From Mobula birostris (taxonomy: Eukaryota): 64,000 nt of DNA. Each line of letters begins with the position of its first letter. Position 1 is the stretch's first letter. Both the position numbers and the translations under genes were made by a program. Of the stretch, positions 13,530-25,565 are shown piece by piece. The DNA lies in the NCBI RefSeq assembly GCF_030028105.1, contig NC_092375.1, forward strand, positions 54,287,130 through 54,351,129, given 5' to 3'. A model generated the notes under the pieces. It did no database searches, was not told the origin of the DNA, and saw nothing but the letters and a program-made list of their open reading frames with translations.

Positions 13530-13790
13530 AAGCTTTCCACCCCACCAAGTTTCACTAAGCAGCAAGCATCCATTCACAGTAGTCCCATTTTATTCTTCCC
13601 TCAACATTCCTGTCATTCATGCAATTTACTGCGGCCAATCTATCAATCTGCACATCTTTGATGTGTGAATGGAAACCACTGCAGCCAAAGGAAATCCATG
13701 TGGTCATGGAAAGAATGTCCAAATAACTGAGGTCAAGATTGAATCCGGGCACTGGAGCTCTGGGGCAACAGCTTTATTAGCGCATATTGT
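13530..13790 (-). mobile_element. Decayed V-SINE (HE1-like)
   Basis: Reverse complement resembles 19021-19345 (tRNA-like head, V-domain GGATTTCCTTTGGCTGCAGTGGTTTCC). Confidence 0.6.
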
Positions 13791-14588
13791 GGACAGCACT
13801 ATTTTGAATCTAGATTATTTAACCCACTGTTTACCTCAGGTCCTCAAATGAAATTTGAATTAACTTCTATTTCATCTTACTAGTCCTGCAATTTAACAAC
13901 TGACCACATGATTTCCTTAGCAATACACAAAGTACTCTCATAACTACTGATCCAGGCAGAATACCTGTCAGTGCAACAAGGAAAGTACAATGGTTTAAGA
14001 ACATACGATGCTAAGCACATAACTGAGCAACGTCCCATCCATGATCCAGTTAAACCCGAGGACTGTAGACTGCTAAATTGCCTGATTGCTTCTCAGCTGC
14101 AAGGTCAGCCTCATGGGAAATAAAACATCTTAATTAATCAACACACCATGAGATATGTGTTTCAAAATGATCCAAATTGAATTTTCTGTAGTAATAGACA
14201 ATACCTATTATCGACTAGACATAACTTATTGCTTATTCTTACCAATTAACATCAACTTCAGGTAAGTAAATATCAGTTGTATTTTTAAGTAAAAAGTAAA
14301 TATTTTAGTCACTTTTACATGAGATAATGAAGTTACAGATAGACTATCATAGATGATTTTAATTCAATCAATTCTATTTCAAGATAACAATTAACAAAAA
14401 AAGATTGAGAGTTTTGTTTGAATAGGTTAGTTTGAATGATGCAAGAATTAAAAAAATTCTGGAATCTTGCACGAGTTTGCATTCATGATTAAGTAGTCAC
14501 ATAGGGAATGTGGAAGGAGATAATTTAATGAGCCAAGTGGACTTCGGTGGTTGAAGACATACTTTATTTTTATTTGTACAAGTCTTAC

Positions 14589-14924
14589 CAAGTACATTCA
14601 GGCAGGTCTTCCCAATATTTGATCCATCTGGGAATGTCGTGAAGAGACACTGATAACATCCTTTATCTTCATATCTCACTCCAGAAAGTACAAGGGTGGA
14701 TTCTTGCAGCTTTGATGTCAAAATAGACACCCTATCCATAAATGGTCCAAATACTTTGGGTCCAACTTTTTCATTATAGATGGCGATGTTTTCCTCTGTT
14801 TGACCATTTAACTTTTGCCAGGTCACCTGTAGAATATCATTTAAATTTGTTGTACAAGTGAAGGAAAGACTTTCTCCGAAAACTGCTGTTATTTTTTCCT
14901 TTGTCTTTACAATTGGACTTTGAG
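14589..14924 (-). CDS. CD200-like: CD200/OX-2-like gene, exon 2 (first IgV domain)
   Basis: Acceptor tatttctgtttcacag| and donor G|gtaaga; 336 nt, phase 1/1. QSPIVKT..FTC..LQVTWQK..ENIAIYNEKVGPKV..EDKGCYQCLFTTFPDGSNIGKTCLNVL matches the CD200-family V-domain signature (QVTWQK, EN.A.Y, CYxCLF.T.PDGS..G.TCL). Confidence 0.93.
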
Positions 14925-15089
14925 CTGTGAAACAGAAATAAAATAGAATATTGTAAAGAAAACTAATCAACCATTTCACAAATATTTATTCCCAAAACAC
15001 TCAAAGGTATGCTAATTATACTGGACGTACATATGTCTTGGATGAGAATGCATGTGTCTGATAGCATATTTACAGAAGAGGTAAAAATT

Positions 15090-15190
15090 TGTGCCTGCTG
15101 AAGGGTCTCGGCCCGAAATGTAAACTGCACTTTTTTCTATTGATGCTGCCTGGCCTGTTGAGCTCCTCTAGCATTTTGTGTGTGTTGCAA
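15090..15190 (+). mobile_element. Penelope-like 3' terminal (pLTR) fragment with degenerate hammerhead core
   Basis: CCTGCTGAAGGGTCTCGGCCCGAAATG...TTTTGTGTGTGTTGC resembles the terminus at 55190-55289. Confidence 0.75.
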
Positions 15191-15199
15191 AAAATTGTG

Positions 15200-15660
15200 G
15201 AGGTTGTAGATAGCAAAAAAGGTAGCCTATGTGTACAGTGGGACACAGATCAGTCAGAAAGTTAAGCAGAGAAATGGTAAATGGAATGAGCTAATGCACC
15301 TTGGAAAGCAAATCCTTGTAGGATATGTACAGTAAATGGTAAGAACCTTAGGAGTATTGATGCATAGAGGGTGCAAGTCTATAGCTCACTGAAAATGGTA
15401 ACCTAGCTGCATAGGAAAACAAGGAAGACATTTTGTCTGCTTGGTTTCATAGGCTGAGATATTGAGTATAAGAGTTATGGTGTCATGTTATAGCTGTATG
15501 AAACATTGGTTAGACTACACTGGAGTGTTGGGTACAGCTCCATTTGCCACACTGGAGGGAGGGTGCTGTAACAATAGAAAGAGTGCAGAAGAGATTCACC
15601 AGATAGTTGCCTGGAATGGTGGGCTACACAGAAATTGAATAGCTGGGTTTATTCTTACTG
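15200..15660 (+). mobile_element. Decayed CR1 fragment
   Basis: Degenerate VRxHLEYCVQxW / IERVQKRFTR coding remnants. Confidence 0.65.
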
Positions 15661-15667
15661 GAACATA

Positions 15668-16100
15668 CAGTGTGCTAGAAAGTTTGTGAACCCTGTAGAA
15701 TTTTCTCTATTTTGGCATAAATATCACCTAAAATGTGATCAGATCTTCACATTAAGTCCTAAAATGAGATAAAGAGAACCCAATTAAATAAATGACACAA
15801 AATATTATACTTGTTCATTTACTTATTGAGAAAAATTATCTCTACAATTCTTCTTCTAAGGTCCTCTGAAAGTTGTTTTGATCACGGCATGGGGCACATA
15901 AACAGATCTTTCTTGAGAAGAGCAGACTCTGTCAGTAACCCGACTTGGTGAGCCTTTTTTATAAGACAGGGCACGTCCACAACCCACACCTCCAATCTCA
16001 CCACATTGATTGGAACATCTGACTCCAAATAGCTTTTGTAGAAGGCATTACCCAAGAGGTTCACATACTTTCACCAACAAATATATGTAATACTGTAATT
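15668..16100 (+). mobile_element. Tc1/mariner-type DNA transposon terminal fragment
   Basis: TA|CAGTGTGCTAGAAAGTTTGTGAACCC terminus, with a related inverted GAGGTTCACATACTTTC near 16055; no transposase ORF. Confidence 0.6.
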
Positions 16101-16119
16101 TTGTAATAATGTAATATAT

Positions 16120-16330
16120 GCAAATTTGCCTCCAACTTCCACCCTGCTCTCAAATTTACCCGGTCCATTTCTGACACCTCCCTCCCCTTTCTCAATCTCT
16201 CTGTCTCTATCTCTGGAGACAGCTTATCTACCGATGTCCACTATAAACCCATGGACTCTCACAGCTACTTGGACAATACCTCTTCCCACTATGGTACGTA
16301 TAAAAACGCAATCCCCTTCTCATAATGCCT
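16120..16330 (+). mobile_element. Penelope-like RT fragment
   Basis: Encodes FASNFHPALKFT..ISDTSLPFL.LSVSISGDSLSTDV.YKP.DSHSYLD, close to the minus-strand RT at 53161-54123. Confidence 0.85.
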
Positions 16331-16334
16331 CTTC

Positions 16335-17150
16335 CCCTCTCTTTTACCTTGTCCCTGTACGTTTCGAAACATCTAAACCTTGGAACAGCCAACAGCCATT
16401 CTGTTATCCAAGTCTCTATAATATCACAACATCGTAGTTCCATGTGCTGATCTACATTATAAGTGCATCACCCATGTTTCTGATACTCTTTGCATTAAAA
16501 TACTCACTTCAACACATCCTACTGACTGCAATTATACCCCATCCAGTACCTATTCTTCCTCACAGTCTGTCTGCATGCTGAATCTACCATTACACCTGCT
16601 GCCTATTTTCTGACCTTCCCGCCCCCTGCCAAACTAGTTGAAATCCTTCCCAATAGCTCAAGCAAATCTGCCCACAAGGATATTGGTCTCCCTTGAATTA
16701 AGGTATAGCTTGTCCCTTTTGTACAGGATATACCTTCTCTGGAAGAGTTTTCAATGATTCACAAATCTGAAACCAGCTCTTCAGCCACACATACACTTGC
16801 TAAATTATCCTATTATTATCCATACCAGTGCATGGCACAGGCTGCAATTCAGAGATTATTGCCCATGAGGTGCTGCTTTAGGATTCCTACCTAGCTCCTT
16901 CTATTTGCTCTTCAGGACTTCACATCCCTTTTCCTGCCGATGTCAATTGTATCAATATATACGACTTGCGGTTGTCCACCCTCCCCCTTAAGAATGCTAT
17001 GGACGCGATCTGAGATGTCTTTGATCCTGGAACCTTGAGGTAACAAAACATCTGGGAGCCTCTTTCGTATCCAGGAAATCTCCTCTCTGTTGCCTTAAGT
17101 ACTGAATCCTCTATCACCACCCCTCTTTCCTTCTACCTCTTCCCTTCTGA
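16335..17150 (-). mobile_element. CR1 endonuclease-region fragment
   Basis: ELRCCDIIETWITEW..VPRFRCF (16228-16443) and MVIEDS..GTERRF 5' remnants. Confidence 0.65.
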
Positions 17151-17694
17151 TCCACAGTGACTGTGATCCTCAGTGACTCGTAAGGGTACAAAGATTATGG
17201 GATGAAGGCAGGTGAATGGGGCTGAGGGGGAATAATAAATCAGCCATGACCGAATGGCACAGTAGACTCAATGGGCGTAATGGCCTAATTCTGCTCCTAT
17301 ATCTTATGGTCTTCCATACAGAGGGTGGTCGTTATCTGGAGGAGGTAGTGTGGCAGATACAATTACAACATTTTAAAGGCTAAATGACAGATAATTAGAT
17401 CAGAAAGGCATAGGAGGATATGGGCCAAATGCAAACAAATGGGATTAGTGTAATTAGACATCATGGGCCAAAAAGGACCTGTTTCTATGCTGACAATTCA
17501 ATGATTGTATGAGATGGGAAATAAACTTCATTATTACATCCAACAAAATAGTAAATAGTTGTTTTTTAATATAGCTAATCCAATTGTGTTTGGAATGCTG
17601 TTTATTATTAATAAAGAACTTACTCATTCTTGTAATAAACTTTGCACAGACTTTTGTCAATAATATTTTTTTCCTACTGTGAGAACAGGAGCAT

Positions 17695-18292
17695 AAATGT
17701 CAACCGAACAGCTACACTTCATTAGGAGTTTGAAGGGATTTGGCACGTCAATGAATACACTCAGAAACTTCTATAGTTGTACTGTGGAGAGCATTCTGAC
17801 AGGCTGCATCACTGTCTGGTATGGAGGGGCTACTGCACAGGACCGAAAGAAGCTGCAGAATCTAGTCAGCTCCACCTTGGGTACTAGCCTACAAAGTACC
17901 CAGGACATCTTCAGGCAGCTGTGTCTCAGAAAGGTCCATTACTAAGGTCCTCCAGCACCCAGGACATGCCCTTTTCTCACTGTTACCATCAGGTAGGAGA
18001 TACAGAAGCCTGAAGGCACACACTCAGCGATTCAGGAACAGCTTCTTCTCCTTTGCCATCCGATTCCTAAATGAACATTGAATCTTTGGACACTATCTCA
18101 CCTTTTTTAATATACAGTATTTATGTTTTTGCATGTTTTTAAAAATCTATTCAATGTACACAATTGATTCACTAGTATAGTTATTATTAGTTTTTTCTCT
18201 CTGCTACATTATGTATTGCATTGAACTGCTGCTGCTAAGTTAACAAATTTCACGTCACATGCCGGTGATAATAAACCTGATTTTGATTCTGA
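17695..18292 (+). mobile_element. Rex1/Babar-type LINE 3' end
   Basis: QLHFIRSLKGFG..TLRNFYSCTVESILTGCITVWYG (17697-17945); tail AATAAACCTGATTTTGATTCTGA. Confidence 0.85.
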
Positions 18293-19020
18293 AGTAGCTT
18301 CCACAGGCGTAGACAGTGACTCAAGACCACAAGTTTGAGCTCCAACACAGCAGCTGGGAAGTTAAATGTAATTTAATAAATCTATAATTACTAACGGTTA
18401 GCATGAAGTTACTAATGTACTTAAGGGAAAGAACCCTTGCCTACTTATTACTGATCAGCACGTGTGATTTCAGTCTGACTAACTTTCTCCTATGTTGACA
18501 TCAATAGGGATGGAGACTGAATGCTAGCTTTACAAGTTTCTTTACATCTCATGAACAAATAAGTAGAACAAAAGACCTGTTCCTGCAGTAGAGGCACCAG
18601 GTCATGAGGTCAGTCAGTATAGCAAGCAACTTCTTTTCTGTATGGGATTCCACACAATTTTGATGATCACTTCGAAGAGCATGGGGATATTACAAATATC
18701 TCTGCTGGGACATAAGATGGAGATCTATAGAACTGGCAGCTGACCCAAATTTATCCCTTACCCAACCAGTTAATGGTGCTTTGGTATTTTGAATTTTGTG
18801 GGAAATTTTGAATTTGTATTTAGATTCTTACAATAAGATCCATTTACATGGACCATAATATACTCCACTTCGAACAAAATAGAGTAGATTTAGATGAAGC
18901 ATCCGAAGAAAGACTGCTTTTCACACAAATATTTAGAAAATGGAAGCTTTATGGATATTTCAATGTAATTCTAAACTAGGAAGTTGGAGCACATACAAAA
19001 TTGCTGGAGGAACCATGGTG

Positions 19021-19345
19021 CCACGGTGGCGTAGCAGTTAGTGCGATGCTATTACAGCTCTGGGGATCGGAATTAGAGTTCAATCCCGGCATCCTCTGTA
19101 AGGAGTCTGTATGTCTTCCCTATGGAATGAGTGGGTTTTCTCCGGTGCTCCCATTTCCTCCCACAGTCCAAACATGCACTGGTTAGTTGGTTAAGTGGTC
19201 ATTGTAAATTGTCCCATGATTAGGTTAGGATTAATTCTGGTTGTCAGGGGTTGCTAGGCAGTGCAGCTAGAAACATAGAAACATAGAAAATAGGTGCAGG
19301 AGTAGACCATTCGGGGGCCAGAAAGGCCTATTCCACTCTGTATCT
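19021..19345 (+). mobile_element. tRNA-derived V-SINE (HE1-like)
   Basis: Head CCACGGTGGCGTAGCAGTTAG (A-box) ...GAGTTCAATCCC (B-box); V-domain GGGTTTTCTCCGGTGCTCCCATTTCCTCCCACAGTCCAAA; tail ending TGTATCTG(TAAA)n. Confidence 0.85.
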
Positions 19346-19354
19346 GTAAATAAA

Positions 19355-20585
19355 TAAATAAACAAATGAATTCCACAGGTCAGGCAGCATCTATGGAGGG
19401 TAGTAAACAATCAACATTTTGGGCTGATAACCTTCTTCATGATTGGAAAGGAAGGGGTCAGAAGCCAGAATAAGAAAGTGGAGGTGCGGGGGGGGGGGGG
19501 AGGAGAATACAAGCTGGCAGGTGGTAGGTAAGACCAGGTGAGGGGGAAGGTGGATGAAGTAAGAAGCAAGAAGCAGGGAGGGGATAGGTGGAATGGGCAA
19601 AGGGCTGAAGAAGAAGGAATGTGATAGGAGAGAACAGCAGATAATGGAGGAAAAGGAAGGAGGAGGGGAACTAGAGGGAGGTGATGGGCAGGTGAGAGGG
19701 TAGCCAAAGTGGGGAATAGAGAAAGAGAGGAGGGAGGGGGGAGAGATTACCAGAAATTGAAGAAATCAATGTTTATGCCATCAGGTTGGAGGTTACTTGT
19801 TCCTCCAATCTGAGTGCGGCCCTTTTGTGGCAGCAGAGGAGGCCATGAACAGAGAAGACCGAATGGGAATGGAAGTTGAATTGAAATGGATGGCCATCTG
19901 GAAATCCTGCCTTTTGTGGCTAACAGACTAAAGATGCTTGACAAAGCAGTCCCCAAATCTGTGTCAGGTCAGGTCCCACTGATGTAAAGGAGGCCACGCT
20001 GGGAGCAATGGATACAATAGATGACCCTAACAGACTTGCAGATGATGTATTGCCACACCTGGACGGACCATTTGGATCCTGAATGGTGGTGAGGGAGGAG
20101 GTGTAGGAGCAGGTGTAGCCCTGAGTGATGAGGCCAAACTCAGTTTTTAGTAATCTCTGCCCCATCCAACCTTCTATTCCCCACTCTGGCTACACTCTCA
20201 CCCCTTCCCTTCTCCTCAGTTGCCCATCATCTCCCTTTGGTTCCCTTCCTCCTTCCCTTTCTTCCATGATCCACTGTCCTTTCATATCAGATTCCTTCTA
20301 TCGTCCTTTACCTCTTCCACCTATCCTCTCCCAGCTTCTTACATCATCCCCCTCTCCCACCAATCTACTTTCCCTCTCCCTCCTATCACCTGTTAGCTTG
20401 CACTCCTACCTCCCTCCCACCATCTTCTTATTCTGGCTTCTGACCCCCTCCCTTTCCAATTATGCTGAAGGGTTTCAGACAAAAACCATCAACAGTTTAC
20501 TCCCCTTTATAGATGCTGCCTGTCTTGCTGAGTTCATCCAGCATTTTGTGTGTGTTGCTTACTATTATTAACATCTGCAGAAACT
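19355..20585. mobile_element. Old head-to-head Penelope-like pair (minus arm ~19355-20120, plus arm ~20150-20585)
   Basis: Minus arm carries decayed GIY-YIG sequence and a pLTR; plus arm is a pyrimidine-rich 3' UTR ending CAGCATTTTGTGTGTGTTGC. Confidence 0.7.
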
Positions 20586-22544
20586 TGAGTTCAGGAAACT
20601 AGGAATTGTTTTGTTTCTGTAAACTTGAAAAGGTCATAAGTAAATACAATAATAGGTTTCTGATTTATTGGAAGTCCTGATTGTACAACCAATGCACATA
20701 AATAACATGACAAGAGGCTCACTGTGCTATCGGCTCCTAGCATACCCCCATCATCATTCTTGAATATGGAATATTAGCTACCATTCTCAACTTTTCATTC
20801 TCTCCTCCATGCTTAACACTAGTACAAAGTATCCATTCAGGACACCACACATATCTGCTGGCCCTTCACAAGGACTTCCCTTTAGTTCCCAAGGTGATTT
20901 CCTCTTTTCCTAGCTACCCCCTTTGCTTCTAAAATACTATGGAAGTTTATGGAACTCTCTTTGATTCTGTTTATCTCAGAAGTGAATTCACTGGCTTCCC
21001 ATCTGAGAGGCAGGAATTATCCCCCCCAAAAGCGGCTTTCTACTTTTCTAATTTAGATTGTTGTTCTGTTCTCAATCCTTTCTGTCTGAAAGTACCACAA
21101 TTTCTTGGTACTTTCAAATCTTCTCATTTAGAGAATACTGGAGGATAGCCAGCAGTTTAAACTAACAAACACTTGTATTTTATTTATAGAAAGAAAATGA
21201 CAATGTTTCTTGACATAAACACTCAGTCTTTCTGGCAGCTTCCTGAATGAAACATGTAGCATTCAGTTAGTCACACTTAAATACTTTAACGTCTCATAAT
21301 ATTCCACATGTTACACCCCTGCTTGAGAGTGAAAAACAAAAAGTAAAGATCCAAGTCTAAAACATTTGTCTGCCTCAGGCTTTATCATAGCACAAGGTCC
21401 TCTAGATATTTGGGTTGTTGGCTCCATACTCGTTCCACTGATAAAGGAATGCCATCTTCATTGTGAATTAGTTTGATGCGTGATGAGGTGTGTGGAATCA
21501 CTGCTGATCTCTGCCATACCCAGCATCATTCTGATGGTTGGCCTCACCTCACTGGGTCTCCACATTTAGTGGCATCATATTTGTTGCAACTCTGTGCCTG
21601 TCCTGCCCCCCAGTTGCTTATTTACACTTTCTTGGGGTTCTGACTTTACTGCTCTAATCACCTGTTAATTGCATCAACACTATCTTCCCACTTTTGCCTT
21701 GCTATATCTTGGTCAGTCACATCTCTGTATTGTAAAACTTTCAAATAAGCTTTCTGATATGCCGCAATAAAATTCACAGCAATGTTCAGCAACACAAGAC
21801 ATTCTTGCAGATGCTGGAAATCTTGAGAAACACGCACAAAATGCTGGAGGAACTCAGCAAGTTAGGCAACATCTGTGGAGGAGAGTAAACAGTCAATGTT
21901 TCAGGCCACTGTGCCTTGGTTTCACCTTCTCCTAACCAGCTTTCACATAGCTTTGATGTACATTGAAGTCATAGTGGTACAGCACGCAAACGGAACCCTC
22001 AGCCTAAATGGTCATGCTAACCCCAGCGTCCTCCCGTCTAGTCCCATTACCTGCATTTGGTAAGAATCAATGACAAAGGTTGGTTTCAACTGCATTGTCT
22101 CAAGGTTGATAGCTTGCTTCAGGGCAACATTAACTGAGCAGAATTTTCAAGTTGATGTATCACTGGGTTGCCCTTGGACCAATATTTTGAAGCAGTATAT
22201 CTAATGTGTGTTCATTCAGCATATACACTAATTTTCTTCGGTGAGCAAATGCTGCCCTACCCATCCTATTTTCTTATGGTCTTTCCTAGGATGGCTCAAT
22301 TGTGAATCTAATCTTGTGCTGAACTGGGAGCCTGAATGTGACCTATAGCAAACTATAGCGTTTATTGTTCATTTAATTCATTGCAGCTGCTTTATATTTT
22401 ACTACACTGTAAGTTTTAAAACTGATTTCAAATGGATTGACCCTATTGCCATTGCTGTAATTTTTGATGAACTTTGTATAACATCAGAGTATTACAACAG
22501 AGTAAGTTTCAACAATCTACTGCTTGCCATATGTACTGGTTTAA

Positions 22545-25500
22545 ACTAATATGGCAGGGGGATGTGAATCAGGAGTATAGAGCTGACGAGGAGCCTGCAG
22601 GTTTACAAGTAGATGACGGATGTAACATGAATGTAAGGAAGGACAAGCCAATGAATGGGGCAAATGCAGACAGAGCAGAGTGTTAAATTGGACCACAGAG
22701 GCAAAATTCAAAAGGCCAAAGAATGCAGGACTGAAGGTGCTATATTTAAATGCGCTTAGCATTTGGAGTAAGGTGGAAGAACTTGTGGAGCAATTAGAGA
22801 TTGGTCGGTATGACGTTGTGGGCATCAATCGTGGCTGACAGAAGGCCATAGTTGGGAGCCTAACATCAATGGATATACTTTGTAACAAAAGGACAGGCAG
22901 GAAGGTAAAGGTGATGGTGTGGTTCTGTTTGTAAGAGATGGAATTATATCTTTAGAAAGAGGTGACATCGGGTCAGAGAATGTCAAATCTTTGTGGGTGG
23001 AATTGAGGAACTGCAAGGGTGAAAAAACCATTATGGGAATCATATATAGGCCTCCAAATAGTAACCAAGATGTGGGGTTGAGACTGCAATGGGAGCTGGA
23101 AAAGGCATGTAATAAGGGTAATGACACAATTGTAATGGGGGACTTCAATAAGCAAGGGGATTGGGAAAATCAGATTGGTATTGGATCACAAGAGAGGGAA
23201 TTTGTTGAATGCCTACAAGATAGCATTCTAGAGCAGCTTGTGCTTGAGCCTATTCAGGGAAAGGCTTAGATTGGGTGTTGTATAATAACACCAATCTTAT
23301 TAGGGAGCTCAATGTAAAGGAACACTTAAGAGCAGTGATAATAATATGATTGAATTCATACTGCAATTTCAGAGGGAATAGCATAAGTCACATGTATCAG
23401 TATCGCAATGGAATAAGGGGAATTACAGAGGCATGAGTGAGGAGCTTTCCCAGGTGGATGGGAGAAGGATAGGGGTGGGGATGATGGTAGAGCAGAGATG
23501 GCTGAAGTTTCTGGGAATAGTTCATAAGGCACAGGAGAGATATGTGTCACAGAAGAAGAAATTCTCGAATGGTGGGGGTAGGCAACCATGGCTGACAAGG
23601 GGAATTAAGGACTACATAAAAGCCAAAGAAAGGGCATATAAGGTAGCAAAAGTGAATGGAAAGTTGGATGATTGGGAAGCTTTTACAATCCACCAAAAGG
23701 CAAATAAAGGCTATAAGAAGGGAAAAGATGAAATATGAGGGTAAACTAGACAATAACATACAGCAGGATACCAAAAGTTTTTTCAGTTATATAAAGAGAA
23801 AAAGGAAGATGAATCTTGATATTGGACCACTGGAAAGTGATGCTGATGAGGTAGTAATGGGAGGACAAAGAAATGGCAGACGAACTTAATGGGTGCTTTG
23901 CATCTGGCTTCACTGTGGAAGACACTAACAGTGTGCCAGAGGTGTGAGAGTGTCAGGGAGCAGGAGTGAGTGCCATTGCTATTACAAACGGAAAAGGGCT
24001 AGACAAACTCAAAGGTCTTAAGGTGGATAAGTCACCCGGACCAGATGAACTACATCTCAGACTCCTGAGAGAGTCCTGAGGAGATCATGGGTGTAATGGT
24101 TATGATCTTTCAAGAATCAGTTGACTCTAGCATGGTCCCAGAGGACTGGAAGATTGCAAATGTCACTCCACTCTTTAAGAAGGAAGGAAAGCAAAGGAAA
24201 GGAAATTATAGGCCAGTTTGCCTAACCTCATTTCTTGTGAAAGTGTTGGAGTCTATTATTAAGGATGAGGCTTCGGGATACTTGGAGACTAATGATAAAA
24301 TAAGCCAAAGTCAGCAAAGTTTCTGTACAGGGAAATCTTGCCTGACAAATTTGTTAGATTTCTTCGAAGAAGTAGGGTGAACAGAGGAGAGGCAGTGGAT
24401 GTCACTTACTTGGATTTTCAGAAGGCATTTGGTAAAGTGCTACACATGAGGCTACTTAGCAAGATAAAATCCTACAATGTTACAGGAAAGATATTGGCAT
24501 GGATAGAGGAATGGCTGACAGGCAGGAGGCAGTGAGTGGGAATATAGGGGGCCTTTTCTGGTTGGCTGCTAATGACTAGTGGTGTTCCTCAGGAGTCAGT
24601 ATTGCGACCGATACTTTTCACTTTGTTTATCAAGGATTTGGATAACGGAATTGATAGCTTTGTGGCAAAGTTTGAGGATGATACAAAGATAGGTGGAGGG
24701 GTAGGTAGTTCTGAGGAAACAATGCAATTGCAGAAAGACTTACGACAAATTGGAAGAACGGGCAAAAAAGTGGCAGATGGATGACAGTGTTGGGAAATAT
24801 ACGAGAATGCATTTTGGTGAAAGGAACAATAGTGCAGACTACTATCTAAATGGGGAGAAAGTTCAAACTCAAAGGTGCAGAGGAGTCCTCGTGCAAGACT
24901 TCCAGAAGATTAATTTACAGCTTGGGTCTGTGGTAAAGAAAGCAAATGCAATGTTGACATTTATTTCAAGGGGAATAGAATATAAAAGCAAGGAGATAAT
25001 GCTGAGGCTTTATAAGACACTAGTCAGGGCTGCACTTGGAATATTGTCAACAGTTTTGGGCCCCATATCTCAGAAAAGATATGTTGACATAGGAGAGAAT
25101 CTAGAGGAGATTCATGAGGATGATTCCAGGAATAAAGGGGTTAATATATAAGGAGCGCTTGGCAGCTTTGGGCCTGAACTCACTGGAATTTAGATGAATG
25201 CAGGGGAATCTCATTGAAACCGACTGAATGTTGAAAAGACTAGATAGGGTGGATGTGGAGAGGATGTTTTCTATGGTGGGAGTATCCAGAACTAGAGGGC
25301 ACAGCCTCAAAATTGAAGGGTGACCTTTGAGGACAGAGGTAAAGAGGAAATTTGTTAGCCAGAGAGCAGTGAATCTGTGAATCTCTACAATGGAGGCCAA
25401 GTCCATGGGTATATTTAAGGCAGAAGTTGATCGTTTCTTGATTGGTCAAGGCATCAAAGGATATGACGAGAAGGCAGGTGTATGAGATTGAGTGGGATTC

Positions 25501-25565
25501 GGGATCAGCCATGGTGGAATGGCAGAGTAGACTCAACGGGCTGAATGGCCTAATTCTGCTATGTC
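22545..25565 (+). mobile_element. Near full-length CR1 ORF2 pseudogene (APE endonuclease + RT + 3' tail)
   Basis: Successive fragments: LWVELRN..GIIYRPPNS..VMGDFN, WKIANVTPLFKK..NYRPVCLTS, VDVTYLDFQKAFGKV, VPQESVLRPILF..KFEDDTK, MHFG.., then the CR1 tail; multiple frameshifts and stops. Confidence 0.93.

Noticed and set aside
14497-14979. ORF-track 160-aa ORF taken as a single-exon gene
   Set aside because: Its Met and first 18 codons lie in the intron's polypyrimidine tract and its tail runs past a GT donor; only 14589-14924 is exon.
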